Part shown: positions 1 through 9,250 of the stretch, piece by piece
Layout of the letters: every line of letters begins with the position of its first letter
Position numbering within the stretch: position 1 is the first letter of the stretch
From: an uncultured delta proteobacterium
Lineage (GTDB): Bacteria; Myxococcota; Myxococcia; Myxococcales; Myxococcaceae
Direction of reading: 5' to 3'
DNA length: 64,000 nucleotides
Assembly (NCBI GenBank): GCA_963713045.1
Contig: CAVQKE010000003.1
Coordinates: forward strand, 128,001 to 192,000
Made by a program: the position numbers and the translations under genes
The notes under the pieces: model-generated
What the model saw: only the letters and a program-made list of their open reading frames with translations
Databases searched by the model: none
What the model was told of the DNA's origin: nothing

Positions 1-455
1 CCTTCCACCAGTTGAGTCGCAACTACCACCCGGACCGCTTCTTTCAGTCCGAGGACACAGCGTTGAGAGGGCGGGTGCACGCCGTCTACAAGCGCGTCAC
101 CGAGGCCTACTTCGTCCTGCGCGATGACGCGCGGCGGAAAAAGTACCTGCAGGACGTCACCGGGCCGGACCGACTGCGCAAGCTGCGCTTCGATGAATTG
201 GCCGAGGCCGAAGCCAAGGCCGCCGTCAAAAAGGAGGTGGCCGAGCAGATTGGGACCCACCCCAAAGGGCGCCAATTCTTCCAGGTGGGCGTGACCGACC
301 TCGAAGCCGGCCGGCTGGCGTCGGCCGAGCGCAACATCAAGCTGGCGCTCACCTTCGAGCCCACCAACCCGCTGTACCTGCAAAAGCTGGAGGAGGCCCG
401 GGCCAAGTCCTACGAGGAGTTTAAGCGGTCGGGCAAAGGCTTCCGCATCGAATGA
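1..455 (+). CDS. J-domain (DnaJ-like) protein with C-terminal TPR-like helices; 5' end outside the window
   Basis: [10 protein letters not shown] (HPD motif) followed by [18 protein letters not shown]; the frame is open to the window edge. Confidence 0.8.
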   Translation, partial: FHQLSRNYHPDRFFQSEDTALRGRVHAVYKRVTEAYFVLRDDARRKKYLQDVTGPDRLRKLRFDELAEAEAKAAVKKEVAEQIGTHPKGRQFFQVGVTDLEAGRLASAERNIKLALTFEPTNPLYLQKLEEARAKSYEEFKRSGKGFRIE

Positions 456-1195
456 CCCTCGACGTCCTCATCCTCGCGCTGGCGCTGCTGGTGGGCTTTC
501 TCGGCGCGCGCCGCGGGGCCGCTTCCCAACTGGCGGGCTGGGGGGCGCTGGTGCTGGCCGTCCTGGCCGCCCGGCCCGGGGGGCAGCTTTTGGGCCCCAC
601 CTTCCGAGGCTGGCTGCACGCGCCGGCAGGCACGGCCAGCGTGGCGGCTGGCTTTGCCACTTTCGTGGTGGTGCTGGTGGTGGCACGCCTTCTTCTGCAG
701 GCCCTGCTGCGGGGCTTATTCACCCTGGGCAACCCCGAGCGACAGGGGCCGGACCATGCCTTGGGCTTTTTCCTCGGGGCGGCCAAGGTGCTGGCCATCG
801 CCTGGGTGGCGCTTTCGGCGCTGGCTTTTGTGGAGCAGCGCTTCAGCCTCACCGGCAAGCTGTTTGGCATTACGCCCTCCGACTCGCTGGCCTTCTCCGC
901 AGCCCGGCGGTGGAACCTGTTCGCCCTTTCGGACTTCGGCCCGACGCGCTCGCTGTTGGCGTTGGAGCAGGCCCTGGGCAGGCCCGGAGGGAAGGCGCGG
1001 CTCGCCAGCAACGCCGCAGTGAACCGACTCCTCAAAAACCCGGCCTTCCGGGCCGTCAGCGAAGACCCGGCCGTCCGACAGGCGGTGGAGCAGCAGGACG
1101 TGCTGTCGCTGCTGAAGGCGGACTCCGTCGCCAAGCTGCTACAGGACGGCGATGCCCGGGGACAGTTGCAGGCCGCGCTGGACGCTGCGCCCTAA
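452..1195 (+). CDS. CvpA (colicin V production) family membrane protein
   Basis: N-terminal [20 protein letters not shown], several TM helices, [12 protein letters not shown] motif; ATGA overlap with the upstream gene. Confidence 0.8.
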   Translation: MTLDVLILALALLVGFLGARRGAASQLAGWGALVLAVLAARPGGQLLGPTFRGWLHAPAGTASVAAGFATFVVVLVVARLLLQALLRGLFTLGNPERQGPDHALGFFLGAAKVLAIAWVALSALAFVEQRFSLTGKLFGITPSDSLAFSAARRWNLFALSDFGPTRSLLALEQALGRPGGKARLASNAAVNRLLKNPAFRAVSEDPAVRQAVEQQDVLSLLKADSVAKLLQDGDARGQLQAALDAAP

Positions 1196-1257
1196 GTGGG
1201 CCAAGGGCGACGAAATCAGTTGCACCTAGCTGGCGCCACAAGCAAACAGGAGCGGCA

Positions 1258-1731
1258 ATGGCGACACTGAAGGTGGGCAGCAAAGCCCCGGCTTGGACGC
1301 TGCCGGACCAGGACGGAAAGCCGGTGAAGCTGTCGTCCTTCAAGGACCAGCCGGTGGTCCTGTACTTTTACCCGAGGGACGACACGCCCGGCTGTACCCA
1401 GGAGGCGTGCGACTTCCGCGACCAATACGCCGTGCTGAAGAAGGCGGGGGCGGTGCTGCTGGGCGTCAGTCCGGATGACGTGAAAAGCCACGGCAAGTTT
1501 GCCGCCAAGCACGCGCTGCCCTTCCCGCTGCTGGCCGACCCCGACCACGCCGTGGCCGAGGCCTATGGCGCCTGGGCGGAGAAGTCGATGTACGGCAGGA
1601 AATACATGGGAATTGTCCGCTCCACCTTCCTCATCGACGCCGGCGGGAAGGTGGCCCGGGTGTGGCCCAAGGTGAAGGTCCGCGGCCACGTGGACGAGGT
1701 CCGCGAGGCCCTGGCCGCCCTGTCGGGCTAA
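1258..1731 (+). CDS. bcp: Peroxiredoxin BCP/PrxQ
   Basis: [20 protein letters not shown] motif; AGGAG RBS before ATG 1258. Confidence 0.95.
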   Translation: MATLKVGSKAPAWTLPDQDGKPVKLSSFKDQPVVLYFYPRDDTPGCTQEACDFRDQYAVLKKAGAVLLGVSPDDVKSHGKFAAKHALPFPLLADPDHAVAEAYGAWAEKSMYGRKYMGIVRSTFLIDAGGKVARVWPKVKVRGHVDEVREALAALSG

Positions 1732-1872
1732 CGCTTGGGGGGGAGGCTCCAGCCACGCAGTCGTCGTGGCCCGGTTTTTCGCTTATTGTGCCCCCTCTTT
1801 CGAAGGTGCCCCAGGCGGCCAGGGGCGACGTTTTCCCCGCTTGGGTGCCCCCTTAGGAGAACCACACCAGAG

Positions 1873-3867
1873 ATGAACAACGTTCCCGTACAAGCCTGGA
1901 CCAAGGAAGAGGCGCTGGAGACGTACCTGGTTCCCCATTGGGGCGGAGGTTCCTTCGGCATCAACGACAAGGGCCACGTCATCATCCACCCGGGCGGTCC
2001 GGGCACAGCGTCAATGGACCTGAAGGAATTGGTGGACGAAGTGCGCCGGCGGGGCATCCACCCCCCCTTGCTCATCCGCTTCACCGACATTCTCAAAAGC
2101 CGCGTGGTGCACCTCAACGAGTGCTTCCGTGCGGCCATCACTGAGCACGGCTACCGCGGTGTCTACCAGGGCGTCTACCCCATCAAGGTGAACCAGCACC
2201 GCTACGTGGTGGAAACCATCGTCCAGGCCGGTAGGCCCTACGGCTATGGGCTGGAGGCCGGTAGCAAGCCCGAGTTGTTGGCCGTCATGGCGCTGGTCCA
2301 GGACGAGGGCGCCCTCATCATCTGCAACGGCTACAAGGACGAGGAGTACATCGAATACGCGCTGCTCGCCTCGAAGCTTGGCCGCAAAGTGGTGCTGGTG
2401 GTGGAGAAGCCGAGCGAGCTGGCCCTCATCGCCGAGGTCTCGCGCAAGCTGTCCATCCGCCCCACCATCGGCATCCGGGTGCGCCTCTCCACCCGCGGCG
2501 CGGGAAAGTGGGAAGCCTCCGGCGGCGACCGGAGCAAATTCGGACTGTCCTCGGGCGAGCTGTTGGACGCGATGAATTTCATGCGCCAGGTGGGCCTCTT
2601 CGACGCCTTCCAGCTGCTCCACTTTCACCTGGGCAGCCAAGTCTCCAACATCCGCAGCTTCAAAAATGCGCTGCACGAGGCCAGCTGCTTCTACGTGGAA
2701 TTGGTCCGGGCCGGAGCCCCGCTGCAGTACCTGGACGTGGGCGGGGGCCTGGGGGTGGACTACGACGGCAGCCAAACCAACTTCGCCTCCTCGATGAATT
2801 ACACCCCCGAGGAGTACGCCAACGACGTCGTCTTCGGGGTGATGGAGGCCTGTCAGGCGGCGGGGGTCCCGCAGCCCACCCTGGTCTCAGAATCCGGCCG
2901 GGCGGTGGTGGCGCACCACGCGGTCCTGGTGACCGAAGTCCTCGGGGTGAGTGAATTCAACACCCAGGGCGTGCCGGACGCGCTCCCCGACGGCACCACC
3001 CCGGTGGTGAAGAAGCTGTGGAGCACCTACCGCGAACTGTCGCGGAAAAACCTCATCGAAAGCTTCCACGACGCCTCCGAATATAAGGAGGAGTGCTTGA
3101 CGCTCTTCTCCCTGGGGCACTTGACGCTCGACCAGCGGGTGGCCGCCGAAAACCTCTACTGGGCCATCTGCCACAAGCTATTGCGCATGGCGCGCGAGCT
3201 GGACGAGATGCCGGAGGAGTTGGAGGGGTTGGAGCGGCTGTTGGCCGACACCTACTTCTGCAACTTCAGCGTCTTTCAGTCGCTGCCCGACAGCTGGGCG
3301 ATTGACCAGCTGTTTCCCGTCCTCCCCATCCACCGCCTGCTGGAGGCACCCACCCGTAAGGCGGTACTGGCCGACATCACCTGCGACTCGGACGGCAAAC
3401 TCGAGCACTTCATCGACCGGCGCGAGGTGAAGGACGTGCTGGAGCTGCACCCCATCAACCACGACGACTATTACATTGGCATTTTTCTGGTGGGCGCCTA
3501 CCAGGAGATTCTGGGGGACCTGCACAACCTGTTTGGGGACACCCATGCCGTCCAGGTGTCACTGGCGCCCGATGGCGGCTACCTGATTGACCACGTGGTG
3601 TCCGGCGACACGGTGACGGAAGTCCTCAACTACGTCAGCTTCTCGCGCGATGACTTGGTGGCCCGCGTGCGAAGCTTCGCCGAGGTGGCGCTGCGCGCCG
3701 GACGCATCAGCCTGGATGAGTCGCGCACCCTGCTGCGCGCCTACGAGGACGGTCTCGCCGGCTACACCTACCTCGAGCGCGAGGTGGACGCCCCGGCGAT
3801 GGCCGGCAGTGGGCAGTTGCGCCTGGTGGAGAAGGCCGAGCCGGCCAGTCCTCGCACTGGCACCTGA
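1873..3867 (+). CDS. speA: Biosynthetic arginine decarboxylase
   Basis: VYPIKVNQ (PLP lysine), GLEAGSKPEL, HFHLGSQ, DITCDSDG, GAYQEILGDLHNLFG. Confidence 0.97.
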   Translation: MNNVPVQAWTKEEALETYLVPHWGGGSFGINDKGHVIIHPGGPGTASMDLKELVDEVRRRGIHPPLLIRFTDILKSRVVHLNECFRAAITEHGYRGVYQGVYPIKVNQHRYVVETIVQAGRPYGYGLEAGSKPELLAVMALVQDEGALIICNGYKDEEYIEYALLASKLGRKVVLVVEKPSELALIAEVSRKLSIRPTIGIRVRLSTRGAGKWEASGGDRSKFGLSSGELLDAMNFMRQVGLFDAFQLLHFHLGSQVSNIRSFKNALHEASCFYVELVRAGAPLQYLDVGGGLGVDYDGSQTNFASSMNYTPEEYANDVVFGVMEACQAAGVPQPTLVSESGRAVVAHHAVLVTEVLGVSEFNTQGVPDALPDGTTPVVKKLWSTYRELSRKNLIESFHDASEYKEECLTLFSLGHLTLDQRVAAENLYWAICHKLLRMARELDEMPEELEGLERLLADTYFCNFSVFQSLPDSWAIDQLFPVLPIHRLLEAPTRKAVLADITCDSDGKLEHFIDRREVKDVLELHPINHDDYYIGIFLVGAYQEILGDLHNLFGDTHAVQVSLAPDGGYLIDHVVSGDTVTEVLNYVSFSRDDLVARVRSFAEVALRAGRISLDESRTLLRAYEDGLAGYTYLEREVDAPAMAGSGQLRLVEKAEPASPRTGT

Positions 3868-3897
3868 AGCGGTCAGGGCCCCGGTGCCGCCCCGGCT

Positions 3898-4311
3898 TCA
3901 GTGGTAGCGCACGGAGATTTGCACTTCCGGATGCAGGCTTCGGTGCACCGGGCAGCTTTCGGCGACGTGCTGCATGCGCGTCCGGTGCGCTGCTGAAAGT
4001 CCGGGCGGAAGCCACAACTCCACCGTCAGCATCCCAATGCGCCGCGGGGAGGCATTCATGTGCTTCTCCACGCGGCCTCGGGCCGGCCCCCAGGCGATGC
4101 CTTCCCGGGCGGCCGCCAGCGCCATGGTGGTGAGCATGCAGCTCAGCAGGCCCGAGGCGACGAGGTCCGTCGGCGAGAAGGAGCGCCCCTCGCCGCCGTT
4201 GTCCCTGGGGGCGTCGGTGGTCAGCCCGGCCCCGCTGGGGACGTGGTGGAGGCGCACTTGCAGGCCGCCGTCGGCGTCGGCAGTCACTTCGACGAAGTGG
4301 GGACTTTCCAT
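3898..4311 (-). CDS. OsmC family protein
   Basis: TDAPRDNGGEG, FSPTDL..SC and CPVHRSL two-cysteine pattern. Confidence 0.9.
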   Translation of the reverse strand: MESPHFVEVTADADGGLQVRLHHVPSGAGLTTDAPRDNGGEGRSFSPTDLVASGLLSCMLTTMALAAAREGIAWGPARGRVEKHMNASPRRIGMLTVELWLPPGLSAAHRTRMQHVAESCPVHRSLHPEVQISVRYH

Positions 4312-4327
4312 GTCCAGCAAGGCCTTT

Positions 4328-5527
4328 CTACCGGACGGTGGGCCCCGGGCGCGGAAGTTTGGGCTTCCTCTGGCTCGGGCTCCACTGCAGGGTGGGGAGA
4401 AGCGAGGCGCGGCGTTTTTGCACCTCTTTGTCCAGGAGCGCGACGGCGTCTGGAAGGCGCTCCATCAAGCGCATCGGTGGCCGCTTCGCGCCGGTGGACA
4501 GCAGGGCGTGGGTGAGCCAGGGGAAGACGGCCGTCACGTCGCAATGCACATAGACGCTGCCCGTCTCCACCGCCTGCGTGGAGACTTTGCCCCAGGTGTG
4601 CCCTTCCCCCGCTGGGCAGCTGCTGAGTGCGCCGTTGTCCACCGGGTCGACGCAGAATTGTAAGTCAATGTCGAAACCCGCCGTCGGCACCCCGAGAATT
4701 TGGTCCAGCAGCGGCTCTCCCTGCAGCGTGTAATTTTTCGGGACGCCGCCGCCCAGAATCCAAATGGCCAGCTTGCGGCTGCCGTGGTGGCGGCACAAGT
4801 GCTGCAGCGCCGCCATGGCGAAGACGTCTTCGTTGATGTCGATTTCGAATTGGAAGTCCTCGCCCAAAAGCCGACGCAGCTTCACCACGTTGAGGAAGAT
4901 GGAGCCGTCCTGCACCGCACCGACGAAGATGGGCACCGCGTTGCGGTAGCAGCTGCTGAGCAGCGAGGGCTGGCGCACGCCGAGGGACCTCTCAATGCGG
5001 TGCATCGCCTGACCGAGGAGGAAGTGAAACTGCGGAGTCGTCATCCGCCGTTGGAACTGCGGGCCTCGGATGAGGGCCGAGAACAGGCGGTCGGTGTCCA
5101 GCAGCGCTTCTTCCCAGAAGCCCAAGTCATAAATGCGGATGATGCGGGCCAGCCGCAGCGCCAGGTCCCCGGCGTCCGGCGCGACCTCGCGGATGGCGTG
5201 CCCCAGCACCCGGTGGGCGTCGTGGTAGAGGTTGGCACCGGTGGTGGTCAGCACACTGAGGATGCCGCGCTCCACCAGCGGAATGAGGCAGCTTTGGTGG
5301 AGCCCGGCCGGCGTCATGGCGCCGGACAGCGTCAGGTAGATGGAAGCGTCCTCGGCCAGCGAGCGGCGCATCAATTCAAAAGCGGTGCGCTCCTGGCGGC
5401 CGACGTAGGCCGGGAAGGCCTGAGCCAGAAGCTCCGTCGGCTTTTCCTTCCCGGTAATGGGCCGCGGGTCCACGGTGCGGGCCTTGGCATAGGCCGAGCG
5501 AAGTGACTTCTTCTTGGGCGGGGGCAT
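4328..5527 (-). CDS. Deoxyhypusine synthase-like protein (homospermidine/aminobutyl transferase)
   Basis: LSGAMTPAG, TTGANLYHD, ILGGGVPKN, GALS...EGHTWGKV with the catalytic Lys retained. Confidence 0.9.
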   Translation of the reverse strand: MPPPKKKSLRSAYAKARTVDPRPITGKEKPTELLAQAFPAYVGRQERTAFELMRRSLAEDASIYLTLSGAMTPAGLHQSCLIPLVERGILSVLTTTGANLYHDAHRVLGHAIREVAPDAGDLALRLARIIRIYDLGFWEEALLDTDRLFSALIRGPQFQRRMTTPQFHFLLGQAMHRIERSLGVRQPSLLSSCYRNAVPIFVGAVQDGSIFLNVVKLRRLLGEDFQFEIDINEDVFAMAALQHLCRHHGSRKLAIWILGGGVPKNYTLQGEPLLDQILGVPTAGFDIDLQFCVDPVDNGALSSCPAGEGHTWGKVSTQAVETGSVYVHCDVTAVFPWLTHALLSTGAKRPPMRLMERLPDAVALLDKEVQKRRASLLPTLQWSPSQRKPKLPRPGPTVR

Positions 5528-5600
5528 GGGGAGAGAAGAGCCCATTAACCCTGGGTGCGCCCGAGGCGCCAGCCTCAAACGCTGAACGCAGGTGCCCGCT

Positions 5601-6068
5601 TCAGGCGTGCGCAGCGTCAGCCGCCATCGGCAGCGGCGAGGCCTTCAACTCCGCCATGGCCAGCTGGTCCAACGTGGCCCCTCGGTACACCTCAAGCATC
5701 CGTTCCTGCCCGCGCCGCCACACCCCGTACATGGTGCAGGCGGCCGTCATGCGGCAACTCTCATGTTCGCCCCCGCCGCACAGCGACACGACGAAGGGCC
5801 CCTCCACCGCCTCAATCACGTCCAGAAAAGTAATCTCCCGCGGCGCTTTGGTGAGGCGGTAGCCGCCGTGCGCGCCGCGCGCACTGGTGACCAACCCCCG
5901 TCCCACCAGCGTCTTGAGGATTTTGGCGAGAAAATCCTCGGGGACGTCCATCTTGCGGGCAATCTCCCGAAAGGAGACCAGGACACCGGGCGCTTGGGCG
6001 GCCAGGCACACCATGGCCCTGAGGCCGTATTCAATTTTCCGGGAGATTTGGAGCGCGTGGTGCTGCAT
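5601..6068 (-). CDS. Rrf2 family transcriptional regulator, probably Fe-S binding
   Basis: EYGLRAM, SARGAHGGYRL, ITFLDVIEAVEG; three C-terminal Cys (C-x7-C-x5-C). Confidence 0.93.
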   Translation of the reverse strand: MQHHALQISRKIEYGLRAMVCLAAQAPGVLVSFREIARKMDVPEDFLAKILKTLVGRGLVTSARGAHGGYRLTKAPREITFLDVIEAVEGPFVVSLCGGGEHESCRMTAACTMYGVWRRGQERMLEVYRGATLDQLAMAELKASPLPMAADAAHA

Positions 6069-6071
6069 GGA

Positions 6072-6105
6072 AACCGCTTGAAAAACGGAGGTTTAACCGC
6101 TTGAA
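6072..6105. promoter_or_regulatory. 11-bp direct repeat AACCGCTTGAA (6072-6082, 6095-6105) in a divergent promoter region
   Basis: Exact repeat with a 23-bp period in the AT-richer 66-bp gap between rrf2 and the PHP gene. Confidence 0.5.
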
Positions 6106-6134
6106 GTATAACGCCCTCAGGGCACTGCCCGCAA

Positions 6135-6989
6135 ATGGCCATTGACCTGCACAGCCACACCACCGCCAGTGACGGGGAGCACTCCCCGGAGGCCCTGTTG
6201 GCACTCGCTCGGGCCGCCGGCGTGACGGTGCTGGCAGTGACCGACCACGACACGGTGGCTGGATTGCAGCGCGCTGCTGCCGCGGCGGAGGCCGAAGGAC
6301 TGGGCTTCGTTCCGGGAATCGAAATTTCCGCCACCGCCGCCGGCCGGGAAGTCCACGTCCTCGGACACTTCGTCGACGCGGCCGAGTCCGGCCTGGCGCG
6401 CTTTTCGGACAGGCTGCGGGGCGAGCGCGCAGTGCGCATGGGACGCATGGTGGAACGGATGGGGCAGCTCGGCTTCACCGTCACGCTGGAGGAAGTGGAG
6501 CAGATTGGAGGCGGCGGGCACCTCGGGCGGCCCCACTTGGCGCTGGCCCTCCTCAACCGCGGCTACGTCAGCTCCACCAAGGAAGCCTTTGACCGCTTCC
6601 TCGCCGATGGCCGCCCAGGGCATGTCGACCGCTTCCGGTTGAGTGTCGAGGAGGCGATTCAACTCCTCCACGCCGCTGGGGGCACCGCCACCCTGGCCCA
6701 CCCCGGCCCCTCGAAAGTGACTGAGCCGACGCTGCAAGCCCTGGCCCGGGCAGGCTTGGACGGGCTGGAGGTGTTTCACGTCGACCACACCCCGGGTCAG
6801 CGGCAGGCGCTGCTGCGCACCGCCGATGCGCTGGGCCTCATCCCCACCGGCGGCAGCGACTACCACGGCGCCCGTGTCTCTCCGGGCCGAACGCCAGGCG
6901 GCTCCACCACGCCACCGGAGGCCTTCGCGCGCCTGCGCGCGCGCGCGCAGGCGCAGGCCGGTGCGGCGGGGCGGAAACCGCCGCTTTGA
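6135..6989 (+). CDS. PHP domain phosphoesterase (TrpH/YciV-like)
   Basis: DLHSHTTASDG, AVTDHDT, GRPHLA, LAHP, TGGSDYHG. Confidence 0.93.
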   Translation: MAIDLHSHTTASDGEHSPEALLALARAAGVTVLAVTDHDTVAGLQRAAAAAEAEGLGFVPGIEISATAAGREVHVLGHFVDAAESGLARFSDRLRGERAVRMGRMVERMGQLGFTVTLEEVEQIGGGGHLGRPHLALALLNRGYVSSTKEAFDRFLADGRPGHVDRFRLSVEEAIQLLHAAGGTATLAHPGPSKVTEPTLQALARAGLDGLEVFHVDHTPGQRQALLRTADALGLIPTGGSDYHGARVSPGRTPGGSTTPPEAFARLRARAQAQAGAAGRKPPL

Positions 6990-7028
6990 CAGCCCCGGCG
7001 CGGCTCGGCCAATGTGCGAACACTTCCC

Positions 7029-7403
7029 ATGACTCCCCTCCCTGTCGTCTCCTACCTGCCGCTTGCCGTGGTGCTGCTGCTGGCCGTGGTGATGGCCGCC
7101 GCGGTGAGCTCGCTCTCCTCGCTGGTCGGCCCCAAAAACCCCAACCCCGTCAAGTCGGTCATTTTCGAGGCGGGGAGTGAGCCCGCGCCCGGCTCTTCCC
7201 GCCAGCGCTTCGCCGTCAAATTCTACGTGGTGGCACTGCTCTTCATCGTCTTCGACGTGGAGACGGTGTTTCTGTACCCGTGGGCGGTGAATTTCAAAAT
7301 GCTGGGATGGTTCGGCTATGGGGAGATGTTCATCTTCGCCGCGACCCTGGCGGTGGGACTGGTCTACGTTTGGAAAAAGGGCGCCCTGAGCTGGGAGACG
7401 TGA
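7029..7403 (+). CDS. nuoA: NADH-quinone oxidoreductase subunit A
   Basis: FYVVALLFIVFDVETVFLYPWA, YVWKKGALSW. Confidence 0.95.
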   Translation: MTPLPVVSYLPLAVVLLLAVVMAAAVSSLSSLVGPKNPNPVKSVIFEAGSEPAPGSSRQRFAVKFYVVALLFIVFDVETVFLYPWAVNFKMLGWFGYGEMFIFAATLAVGLVYVWKKGALSWET

Positions 7404-7415
7404 GACAAGGACACC

Positions 7416-7979
7416 ATGCCGGACACCGAACTCGCACCCGTCATCACCACGCGCCGCGACGAAAGCATTGGGTTTCTGCAGAGTCTTCTCAGTAAGGGTC
7501 TCGGCTGGGCTCGCAAGTATTCGCTTTTCATGTACCCCTACGCCACCGCCTGCTGCGCGATGGAGTACATGTCCGTGGCCAGTAGCCGCCATGACATTGC
7601 GCGCTTCGGCGCCGAGTACCCGCGCTTCTCCCCCCGGCAGGCCGACTTGCTGATGGTGGTCGGCACCATCAACCAGAAGCAAGCCCCCATCCTCAAGCGC
7701 GTCTGGGAGCAGATGACGGAGCCCAAGTGGGTCGTCAGCTTCGGCGTCTGCGCCTCCTCCGGCGGCTTCTACGACAACTACGCGGTGCTTCAAGGCATCG
7801 ACCGCATTCTGCCGGTGGACGTCTACATTCCCGGCTGCCCGCCTCGCCCTGAACAGGTCCTCGACGCTTTGATGCTGCTGCAGGACAAAATCCAACGGCA
7901 GGTGCACCGCATTGGCCGGATGGTGGAAGACCGGCCGGCGCCGGGCGACGTCAAAGCGCCGTTGGCCACGCCCCGCTGA
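7416..7979 (+). CDS. nuoB: NADH-quinone oxidoreductase subunit B
   Basis: [27 protein letters not shown]. Confidence 0.96.
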   Translation: MPDTELAPVITTRRDESIGFLQSLLSKGLGWARKYSLFMYPYATACCAMEYMSVASSRHDIARFGAEYPRFSPRQADLLMVVGTINQKQAPILKRVWEQMTEPKWVVSFGVCASSGGFYDNYAVLQGIDRILPVDVYIPGCPPRPEQVLDALMLLQDKIQRQVHRIGRMVEDRPAPGDVKAPLATPR

Positions 7980-7986
7980 CGGGGCG

Positions 7987-8466
7987 TTACCAGCGGTAGT
8001 AGGCCGGGTGTCCGGGCTTCACTGCGACGAAGGTGCCGCGGCAACGGGCGCACAGCTTGCCGTTGGCGCTGAGCGTCGCCTCCACCACCACGCGGTCCTC
8101 GCGCACTTCCACCGCCTTGGCCCACAGCGCAAGCTCGGCGTCACTGGGCGTCGGTGCGCGCAGCGTGACGTGGAAGTCGGCCGTCACCGTGCAGGGCGGA
8201 CTGCTTTGCCCACTCTTTCGCATCAGGGCAACCAGGGCCGTCCAGTTGGAGTGACAGTCCAGAAGCGCGCCGACAATGCCGCCGTTGAGGACACCGGGGA
8301 AGGCCTCATGGTGCTTCTGCGCGCGCCAGGTCGCCACCACCGCGTCGCCCTCCTCAAAGCTGCGGATGCGGAGGCCCTGGGCGTTGGCTGGCCCGCAGCC
8401 GAAGCAGGCGTTGCCCGGCGCGTAGCGCTCCTGAAGGCTGAGGGGCTGGCTTTGGCCGTTGGCCAT
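7987..8466 (-). CDS. PaaI/hotdog-fold thioesterase
   Basis: CFGCGPANAQGL, FPGVLNGGIVGALLDCH. Confidence 0.85.
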   Translation of the reverse strand: MANGQSQPLSLQERYAPGNACFGCGPANAQGLRIRSFEEGDAVVATWRAQKHHEAFPGVLNGGIVGALLDCHSNWTALVALMRKSGQSSPPCTVTADFHVTLRAPTPSDAELALWAKAVEVREDRVVVEATLSANGKLCARCRGTFVAVKPGHPAYYRW

Positions 8467-8705
8467 CTTGCGCCACCTTCCTTACCAACCCCACCCCAGC
8501 GGAGGCCAGCGACGGCCAAAGCCTCTTGTCCACGCCGGCCGGGCGGCCCGGGGGTTGCTGCGGGTGGCGCCGCAGCGCGTCGGGGGCAGCCGTGCTGGCG
8601 CCGAAGGGCGCTTGACCGCTGAGGATGGCCGTCCCCATTGTGCGGCGCGCACGGCAAGGGGCGTTTGCCAACCCAGGCGTGTGGGGCTGCTTCTGGAGGG
8701 TGGAC

Positions 8706-9209
<504 letters not shown>

Positions 9210-9250
9210 CGCCGCAGTCGTCCTTCGTTTTTCAAGGAAAGAAAAAGCGC

